This document shows, one piece after another, positions 1 to 8,681 of a stretch of 14,992 bases of DNA (position 1 is its first letter; each line of letters begins with the position of its first letter). Made by a program: the position numbers and the translations under genes. A model generated the notes under the pieces. That model made no database searches. It saw nothing but the letters and a program-made list of their open reading frames with translations, and was not told where the DNA came from. The DNA comes from Octopus sinensis (lineage: Eukaryota): the NCBI RefSeq assembly GCF_006345805.1, contig NW_021825681.1, forward strand, positions 1 to 14,992, in the 5' to 3' direction.

Positions 1-862
1 CATCCGAAGACCCGGCGACGTAGTCAGTCCACCTGTGCATACCTTCCCTCTTATGACACTTGTGAAGACCTGTTGAGGCAAGTGTGTGACACTTGTGAAG
101 ACCTGTTGAGGCAGAGGCAAGTGTGTGACGCTTTGTGAAGACCTGTTGAGGCAGAGGCAAGTGTGTGACACTTGTGGAGACCTGTTGAGGCAAGTGTGTG
201 ACACTTGTGAAGACCTGTTGAGGCAAGTGAAACCAAATCAAAATAGATGAACATCAATGGAATTTGTATCTTTGTGGTACCAGTACCGGTGGCACACAAG
301 AAAACCATCCGAACGTGGCCGTAGCCAGTACCGCATCGACTGGCCTCCGTGCTGTGGGCACGTAACAAGCACCATCCGATCGTGGTGGCCCCCACCTGCG
401 ACGTAGTCAGTCCACCTGTGCATACCTTCCTTCTTGTGACACTTGTGAAGACCTGTTGAGGCAAGTGAAAATCAACAAATCAACAAATCAAAAATCAAAA
501 CAAATCAAAGATAATGAACATCAATGGAATCTGTATCTCTGTGGTACCAGTGCCGGTGGCACACAAGAAAACCATCCGAACGTGCTGTAGCCAGTACCGC
601 ATCGACTGGCCTCCGTGCTGTGGGCACATAACAAACGCCATCCGATCGTGGCCGTTCGCCAGCCTCATCTGGCACCTGTCCGAAGACCCGGCAAGACTAG
701 TCAGGCCATAGCCCGTGGCCCCTTCCTGGGCGTAGTCATTCCACCTGTGCATACCTTCCTTCTTATGACACTTGTGAAGACCTGTTGAGGCAAGTGCTAA
801 TCAAATCAAATGACACTTGTGAAGACCTGTTGAGGCAAGTGATAATAAATAATATAATAATA

Positions 863-893
<31 letters not shown>

Positions 894-1263
894 CATAATC
901 AAATCAAATCAAAACAAATCAAAATAGGTGAACATCAATGGAATTTGTATCTTTGTGGTACCAATGCCGGTGGCACACAAGAAAACCATCTGAACGTGGC
1001 GGTAGCCAGTACCACATCGACTGGCCTCCGTGCTGTGGGCACGTAACAAACACCATCCGATCGTGGCCGTTCGCCAGCCTCATCTGGCACCTGTGTTGGT
1101 GGCACATAAAAACACCATCCAAAGACCCGGCAAGACTAGTCAGGCCATAACCCGTGGCCCCTACCTGGGACGTAGTCAGTCTACCTGTGCATACCTTCCT
1201 TCTTATGACACTTGTGAAGACCTGTTGAGGCAAGTGAAAATCAAACCAAAAAAAAAAAAAAAA
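1..1263 (+). repeat. Head-to-tail array of 4 related units (A 1-240, partial; B 241-509; C 510-920; D 921-1263), probably the 3' end of an RTE-type LINE or an RTE-dependent SINE with (AAATC)n tails
   Basis: B, C and D all start at ...TGAACATCAATGGAAT. All four units end in TGACACTTGTGAAGACCTGTTGAGGCAAGTG followed by AAATC/AAT/A-rich tails. The units contain GTGGCACRTAA-A-CACC-like boxes matching those in the RTE 3' UTR at 10026-10044 and 10221-10238. Confidence 0.85.
54..229 (+). repeat. Five tandem copies (starts 54, 87, 126, 166, 199) of the 31-40 bp terminal hairpin motif
   Basis: Read directly. The motif contains the inverted repeat CACTTG/CAAGTG enclosing CCT-GTTG-AGG. Further copies at 437-467, 766-796, 811-841 and 1206-1236. 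Confidence 0.95.
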
Positions 1264-1299
1264 TATATATATATATTATATATATATATATATATATAC

Positions 1300-1332
<33 letters not shown>

Positions 1333-2279
1333 CATATATACACACACATATACACATATACACACACATTACATATATATAGTTATTCATTTCTATTTCT
1401 TTAATTATCTGTGTATTTATTATGTTTGCAGGATCCACTATCGTCATATGTTGTGGTGTGCGCTATTGCTCCATTCTAGTTTTCTATTCAGGCTAGGTTT
1501 ATTTTCTATTATATGTGTAGCTTCTGTAATTGTCTAATTGTTGCATCTGTTCTATGTGTGGACAATATCTTAATCTCTATGTTATTGATTGATCCCCCGT
1601 GTTCTTGTTCAGCGTGTTGGTACAGAATCGATGAGCTTTTACCTTCCTTGAGTTGTCTCCAATGTTCATTCACCCGCTCACCAATGCTTCTTGCTGTTTC
1701 CCCTACGTATGTTACTGTCTTGTTACTGCACTCGCTCGTCCCCTATACATCTTATACTATAGACCACATTTCTGGCTTTATAGTTTGTTTGTGGGCTAAA
1801 TCTACATACAGTGCAATAGTTATCCATACAGAGAGTTCTACTAAAAGGATAGCTTCTACCAATTATAGATCTGATAGGGTTGCCTGGCTTTTCAACAACC
1901 TTAATTCTTAGTTTAAGTTTATCTAGGGTCCTTCTAAAGCGGTACGCCAGTTCACCTCCAGGGGTGGTGTCAGCGAACATGACACTCTGGTATTTATGGC
2001 TATCATACCAAGAGTTGGCCTTCCCTATTTTCTTTTTTGTCCTTTCTATAGTGTTCCATGACTTGTTCCTATAGAGTGGGCAAATTCCATTCCTATCATT
2101 ACATAATATATTATCAAATTTCTTCATGGCTCCTTTGTATACTCTGACCCTTTCTTTATGGCTGTAACCATATGACGATAGTGGATCCTGCAAACATAAT
2201 AAATACACAGATAATTAAAGAAATAGAAATGAATAACTATATATGTATATGTGTATGTATATGTGTATATGTGTATGTA

Positions 2280-2323
<44 letters not shown>

Positions 2324-2335
2324 ATATTTTTTTTT
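1248..2335. repeat. Long inverted repeat: arms 1248-1450 and 2169-2335 flanking the PLE body
   Basis: 1381-1450 and 2169-2238 are exact reverse complements (70/70). Outward, both arms continue as a mirrored TG/TA microsatellite and then poly(A)/poly(T). Confidence 0.95.
1444..2168 (-). mobile_element. 5'-truncated Penelope-like element (PLE), pseudogenised: RT C-terminal region, Cys-rich linker, C-terminal GIY-YIG endonuclease; probably Neptune clade
   Basis: Minus-strand translation: GYSHKERVRVYKG...PLYRNKSW...SVMFADTTPGGELA...IKVVEKPG...CMDNYCTVC...RNVVYSIRC. After a frameshift near 1740: TYVGETARSIGERVNEH...ILYQHAEQEHGG...IRQ. After a frameshift near 1530: TEATHIIENKPSLNRKLEW...NI, stop at 1444-1446. 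VVY/YVGET/ER..EH/EA..I/LN are GIY-YIG motifs. RT-then-EN order plus a Cys linker fits Neptune. Confidence 0.9.
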
Positions 2336-2646
2336 CATTAGATTTATTATTATTATTACTAATATTATTGTTATACATACATACAAGCATATGTAATGAT
2401 AATAATGGGTGGATGTAAACACATGAACAAAATTAGAACAAAAGCAACAACAACAAAAACAAAATACAAATTACAGAATGTATATAACCAGAAGATACAA
2501 ATATTACAGGCATCCCCCCCACACACACACTAAATAAACATAGACGCACATAGAGATATAAGCATGCGCAAATGAAGACATACAATAGAAATACAAATGG
2601 CTGACGGTTAGTAAGGAGAGACACAAGTAAGTGAGAAGAAAACAAA

Positions 2647-2691
2647 GGACCACTGATGCGGTCACAGGAGTGTGACGAAAGAACTTTGGCC
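2647..2691 (+). ncRNA. Candidate (degenerate) type I hammerhead ribozyme
   Basis: GGACCA-CUGAUGC-G-[GUCACA-GGAG-UGUGAC]-GAAA-G-AA-C-U-U-UGGCC. Stem I is ACCA/UGG plus GG/CC with one defect; stem II is a perfect 6-bp stem; GAAA follows immediately; stem III is 2 bp; the NUH triplet is CUU at 2684-2686. Deviations: A9 is C, plus one extra nucleotide. Confidence 0.5.
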
Positions 2692-2807
2692 GAATAAGAT
2701 TAAGATTAATGTAAAAAATAAATATCACTGAAGCAAAATAACACCAAATATATAGTGCGTGTGTTTCATTGGCTAAACTGGCAATATGACCATTCCGAAA
2801 TATAACA

Positions 2808-2808
2808 A

Positions 2809-2859
<51 letters not shown>

Positions 2860-2892
2860 GTATATGTATATATATATATATGTATATATATG

Positions 2893-2925
<33 letters not shown>

Positions 2926-2940
2926 GTATATATATGTATG
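2808..2940. repeat. (TA)n/(TATG)n microsatellite
   Basis: Read directly. Confidence 0.97.
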
Positions 2941-3153
2941 AAATAAAACGATTTCTGTTCAATCTGCGTTCAGCTCCATTTCTTCAATTCACCAATAATG
3001 TTTTAATTTCAATTATCCGCACCAACGCACGTTGCAACGCCAGATGGTTGTACCTCCAACCGTGCTGTTTACTGCTGTGATTTTTGCTACTAAGGTATCG
3101 GTTAAACTTTTGATTAATCTACTACAAGATTATTCATCTTTCTATTTCACCTA

Positions 3154-4441
<1,288 letters not shown>

Positions 4442-4542
4442 GTGAATGAGTGAATTTGTATTTCCTTTGCCTACAAGCATGTTTTCCTGCTGATTGCAAA
4501 TAAAAGGCTCATTCATAATGTTGTTTGTTTCCAGTTATTCAA

Positions 4543-4648
4543 GGAAACATGTCTGGGCTGTTTGGTCTTCAAAATAAGTGACAGGAAGGGCATCCAGCCC
4601 TAGAAAACTCTGCTCCAACATACTCTCATTTGATCCATGCAATAATGA
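4543..4648 (+). mobile_element. Decayed RTE-type 3' tail fragment
   Basis: GACAGGAAGGGCATCCAGCCCTAGAAAAC...GATCCATGCAA resembles the RTE tail at 10261-10370 (TTAGGAAGGTCATCAAACTGTAGAAAC...ACCCATACCAGCATGG). Confidence 0.5.
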
Positions 4649-4661
4649 ATATATATCTCCC

Positions 4662-5046
4662 CTCTCTTTCACTTGTTTCAGTAATTAGCCTGTGGCTATG
4701 CTGGGGCCACAGGCTAATGAATTTTAGTCAAACAAATTGACCTAGTACTTTATTTTTAAAGCCTGGTACATATTCTATCGTTTTCTTTTACTGAACTGCT
4801 TAGTTATAGAGATGTAAACAAACCAGCACCAGTTGTCAAGCATGGCAGAAGACAAACACAAGGACACACACATATATGCATGTATATACAACAAATTTCT
4901 TTCAGTTTCCATCTACCAAATCTACTCACAAGGCTTTGGTTGGCCCAAGGCAAAAGCATAAGATACTTGCCCAAGGTGCCATGCAGTGGGACTGAACCTT
5001 GAACCATGTAGATGAGAAGCAAACTTCTTATGACACAGCCATGTCT
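4662..5046 (-). mobile_element. tRNA-derived SINE, family A (CORE-like CCTTGGGCAAG box), copy 1
   Basis: On the minus strand: A box TGGCTGTGTC, B box GGTTCAGTCCC, then GGCACCTTGGGCAAG. Colinear with 7430-7777 over its whole length. Confidence 0.9.
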
Positions 5047-5490
5047 TTGCATATATATATTTCTTCCCATTAATAAAATAATGACGATATTTCACACCAT
5101 ATATTTCAAGTCTAATTCTTTTTTCTTCATTGTTATATAACAAGCTACTATTCACTTTTATTTCCTTATAAAAATGTTTAAATTCTCCTGATAATTTTGC
5201 CAATATTTTCCTTGACAGGTAAATCATTTCACAACTTGCTTGTCAGTTAAGTATGAGATACTTCAAGAAGGCACTTGATGATTGCATGTTGTATCTCTAG
5301 ATCTTTGTTCATTTCATATATTATTACAGTACAGATATCATGGCCTGATACTTGCAAGCACACATCTCTGATGGCTTTTACTACATTTTTGTAAAATAAT
5401 TCTAGTTTTGCCTGATGAATTTTCTAATGAGCTTGATTCCATCAAGAACTAGTACTGCTGATAATGATGATGATATCATTATTATCATAT

Positions 5491-5714
5491 GGTGGTGAGC
5501 TGGCAGAATCGGTAGCACACCGGGTGAAATGCTTAGCAGTATTTTTCCCACCACTAAATTCTGAGTTCAAAATCTGCGAAGGTCAACTTTCATCCTTTTG
5601 GAGGTCAATAAATTAAGTACAAGTGAAACACTGGGGGTCAATGTAATTGACTAGTCCCCTCCCCACAAAAATTCCAGGCCTTGTATCTATAGTAGAAAGG
5701 ATTATTATTATTAT
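5491..5714 (+). mobile_element. tRNA-derived SINE, family B, copy 1 (full length, (ATT)n tail)
   Basis: A box TGGCAGAATCGG, B box GAGTTCAAA, central TTTCATCCTTT-GGAGGTCAATAAATTAAGTAC, end AGTAGAAAGG(ATT)n. Eight related copies occur in the window. Confidence 0.9.
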
Positions 5715-5719
5715 CAAGA

Positions 5720-5920
5720 AATGCAGTGATCTGGTAAAATGCTTAGCAGCATTTTGTCTGGTTCTATGTTTTGTGTTCAAATGCTGTCAATCTCAACTTT
5801 GCCTTTTGTCCTTTCAAGGTAGACAAAACACATACCAGTTGAACACTGGAGTCAATAAAATTGACTTACTCTTCCCCTAAAATTGCTGGTTTTGTGCCAA
5901 AATTTGAAACCATTACTATT
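5720..5920 (+). mobile_element. SINE family B, copy 2 (decayed; different 3' end)
   Basis: AAATGCTTAGCAGCATTT...GTTCAAAT...CTTTGCCTTT...CTGGAGTCAAT; ends CCAAAATTTGAAACCATTACTATT. Confidence 0.8.
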
Positions 5921-5922
5921 AA

Positions 5923-6154
5923 AGGCAGTGAGCTGGTAGAATCATTAGCATACCAGACAAAATGCTTGGCAGCATTTTGTTCATCTTTACATTCTGAATT
6001 CAAATACTGCTGAGATCTACTTTGCTTTTCATCCTTTCTAGGTCAATAAAATAAGTACCAGTTGACTACTGGGGTCAATGTAAATGACTATCCCCTGCCC
6101 CCAAAACTTCAGTCCTTGTGCCTTTAGTAAGAAGGCTTATTATTATTACTATTT
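5923..6154 (+). mobile_element. SINE family B, copy 3
   Basis: Colinear with 5491-5714; (ATT)n tail at 6138-6154. Confidence 0.88.
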
Positions 6155-6400
6155 CATTTACTCACAACAAATTAGACTTTGGGAAAATATTCCTAACATC
6201 TGGCTGCAAGTTATCTTCCTAAGTATCCTACTTGTCCCTAATAATACTGTTTCCTGAAACAGCACTAAACTAGATTTCATGTCAATTTCCTCTATTCATC
6301 TGTTCAAATCTTTAGGAATAGTTCCTAATGCACCTACAGCTACAGGGATATATTTTACCTGCACTTTCCATAATAGCCTCTGTAACTCAAACATTTTTAT
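6155..6400 (-). mobile_element. R4/Dong-clade non-LTR retrotransposon, extreme 3' fragment
   Basis: Minus strand reads ELQRLLWKVQVKYIPVAVGALGTIPKDLNR*IEEIDMKSSLVLFQETVLLGTSRILRKI. This matches the R4/Dong C-terminal pattern PV.VGALG.IPK...LLGT.RILRK. It ends in a TAA-type tail. Confidence 0.8.
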
Positions 6401-6414
6401 TAATATTATTATTC

Positions 6415-6632
6415 AAACTGGCAGAATTGTTAGCACACCAGACAAAATGCTTAACTGTATTTCTTCTGGCTTTACATTCCAAGTTCAAATTGCACTGTAG
6501 TTGACTTCATCATTTATCATTTTGATAAAATAAGAACCAGTTGAGCATTGGCGGGGGTCAATGTAATCAACTAGCTCCCGTTGCCTAAATATCAGGCCTT
6601 GTGCCTTTAGTAGAAAGGATTACTATTATTTT
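6415..6632 (+). mobile_element. SINE family B, copy 4
   Basis: CTGGCAGAATTGTTAGCACACC...AGTTCAAATT...GATAAAATAAG...TAGAAAGGATTACTATTATT. Confidence 0.85.
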
Positions 6633-6855
6633 AAAGGTGGTGAACTGGCAAAATCATTCTGGGTGAAATGCTTAGCAGGATTTTGCCCATCTTCATGTTT
6701 AGAGTTCAAATTCCACCAAGGTTAATTGTACCTTTCATCCTTTTGGGGTCAATAAATTAAACACCAGTGAAAAACTGGGGTCAATGTAATTGACTAGTCC
6801 CCTCACAAAATTTCAGGCTTTGTGCTTTTAGTAGAAAGGCTAATTATTACTTATT
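6633..6855 (+). mobile_element. SINE family B, copy 5
   Basis: GGTGGTGAACTGGC...GAGTTCAAATTCC...CCTTTCATCCTTTTGGGGTCAATAAATTAA...TAGAAAGG plus tail. Confidence 0.88.
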
Positions 6856-6859
6856 AAGC

Positions 6860-8190
6860 TATTACACATTAATTTAATTAGCAGAGATATTATCCAGAAA
6901 TTTAGTGACAAGTTTCCTGAAATCTTTAGTATCTTTAGGATTCCTGCTGAATACCATATGGCTCTTTATCAGTTTCAGTCCTAATATCCTTCAGTATCTT
7001 AGGTAGCAGTTTGAACATTGTTCCAAGTGTACCAGTTATCACAAAACAATCTTCAAACTGGTATTCATCTCTTGAGATTTCTGAATTGCAAAGTTAAAGA
7101 TCTTACAATATTTGTTCTTGCCATTTTCTACAATTATATCTGTTCTAAGAAGAAATCAATAAAATCTTATCATTATTATTCATTGGTGAATAATTATTAT
7201 TCCCCAAGACTCTTATGATGATAGTCTTGGTCTTGTGTTCATACTACTTTTCCATTATTTCAAATCAGCAAATTCAGTTAACATTTCAAAGCATTCTTTC
7301 ACCAACATTGTCATGTCTGGGTTTACATAGTCTTCATGCTAGCTTAGTGCTCTTGTTTAGCAGATGGTTGATACCTTTGCCCACCTTCCCACATATTCTG
7401 TGTTAGCTGTTTGACTGAGTTTTCTTTCTTTTTTTCTTTTATTTGTTTCAGTCATTTGACTGCAGCCATGCTGGAGCACCACCTTTAGTCGAGCAAATCG
7501 ACCCCAGGACTTATTCTTTGTAAGCCTAGTACTTATTCTATCAGTCTCTTTTGTGGGGACGTAAACACACCAGCGATGTTGAGGGGACAAACACAGACAC
7601 ACAAACATATACATATATACAACGGGCTTCTTTCAGTTTCCGTCTGCTAAATCTACTCACAAGGATTTGATCAGCCCAAGGCTATAGTAGAAGACTCTTG
7701 CCCAAGGTGCCACACAGTGGGATTGAATCCGGAAACATGTGCTTGGTAAGCAAGCTACTTACCATACAGCCACTCCTGTCAAATTTGTTCGAATGGATTG
7801 TTCCTGAGCATTTATAATTAACAATTCAGTTAATTTTTTCATGTTTCAATTTCCCAAGAACAATCAGTACTGCTTTGTTGCATGAAATGCCCATGTGATT
7901 CTTGTTTTTCCAGCTACTTCTGTCTGTCATTGTGCTTACTATTCTCAAAATTCTTCCACTATTTCAATACTCCGTCAATATTTCTAGCCACAGAAAAGCA
8001 TTTCCTCACAATTCACAACATAGTTTTCTAAACCTCTAAAGTACAACATTAATGTTATTTTTTTACAGTTAACAAACCTCAGCCATCTTTCCTCCTTGGT
8101 AAACAGAGCCTATTAACATTACTTTTAGGATAGTGTGTACAGCTTCCAAGTTCTAAGCAATTCATGTATCTCAGTCTTAATCTATTTTTT
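6860..8190 (-). mobile_element. Heavily decayed R4/Dong-clade element (post-RT region, CCHC knuckle, restriction-like endonuclease), interrupted by SINE A at 7430-7777
   Basis: Ordered minus-strand motifs: HYPKSNVNRLCLPRRKDG*GLL (~8140-8075); SHGHFMQQ; LTELLIINAQEQSIRTNL (~7835-7780); [SINE]; RICGKVGKGINHLLNKSTKLA*RLCKPRHDNVG...EK*YEHK (7400-7230); RTDIIVENGKNKYCKIFNFAI (~7147-7085); VITGTLGTMFKLL (~7042-7005). The order matches R4/Dong ORF C-termini. Confidence 0.8.
7430..7777 (-). mobile_element. tRNA-derived SINE, family A, copy 2
   Basis: Minus strand starts AGGAGTGGCTGTATGGTAAG (A box), then GGATTCAATCCC (B box) and GGCACCTTGGGCAAG; A-rich tail. Nested in the Dong-like element. Confidence 0.92.
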
Positions 8191-8264
8191 AAAAAAATGA
8201 GCAGAGTGTATCAACGCTGGCATGGCCTAAGTGTTAATTACCATGATGACAGCATCTCAGTTTA

Positions 8265-8624
8265 AATTTCATGACAATACTCATTCCCTATTGTACACCA
8301 CAAATGTAATTTCTATCTAAAATACATATTCTTCTCCTCCTTTACCACAAATCCATTTTTGATGTCACAGTTCCTCACTCTCTCTACAATCCAGGCCTTG
8401 CACCCTGTGAATTTTGACTGTTCCCCAAACTGAAAAAGAAGATGGAGGTTGTGACATCTTCATTTTGGAAGGCTTCCGTGGGGCCTTAATGAAGTGGCTG
8501 GAGTGCTACAAGTGAATTGAAGTCAGAGGATCCTATTCTGAGGGAGATTAGAGTTTTATGCTTCTTTGAAATTAACAAAAGTCTCATTTGAAAATGTCTC
8601 AAAAATTCTGGAATGCACTTCATA
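8265..8624 (+). mobile_element. Tc1/mariner (mariner-type) transposase 3' remnant with right terminus
   Basis: HDN at 8270; TVPHSLYNPGLAPCEF*LFPKLK (YSPDLAP-DF motif) from 8367; WLECYK*IEVRGSYSEGD* at 8495-8551. The probable TIR ends ...GAATGCACTTCA followed by TA. Confidence 0.8.
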
Positions 8625-8681
8625 GATTTTCAGTTTTTCTGATTCACATTTCTCTTCCTATTCATTTAAGTTCATCTGTCC

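Noticed and set aside
54-229. CRISPR-like array of palindromic ~31-bp repeats
   Set aside because: No unique spacers (only TG between copies), eukaryotic context, no cas genes; the motif is the terminus of the larger repeat unit.
199-235. Hammerhead-like reading of the terminal motif (GTGAAGA-CCT-GTTG-AGG-CAAGT-GAAA)
   Set aside because: C3 is G, five extra bases separate stem II from GAAA, and there is no stem III/UH or stem I. A simple stem-loop explains it better.
51-1404. ORFs over the tandem array (51..464, 238..423, 495..752, 514..711, 919..1233, 938..1150, 1030..1404)
   Set aside because: Overlapping on both strands, repetitive, different between units and with no domain motifs; by-products of a GC-richer repeat.
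2169-2200. ATGACGA...GCAAA in the PLE arm as a hammerhead core
   Set aside because: Both C3 and G12 are wrong and stem II is weak.
3038-3049. CTCF-like or E-box motif CGCCAGATGGTT in a CpG-retaining patch
   Set aside because: Partial match only, with no supporting promoter or exon evidence.
5219-5250. Possible 32-nt exon (TTTTCCTTGACAG...GTATGA)
   Set aside because: Splice-like signals are common in AT-rich DNA; no recognisable peptide and no partner exons.
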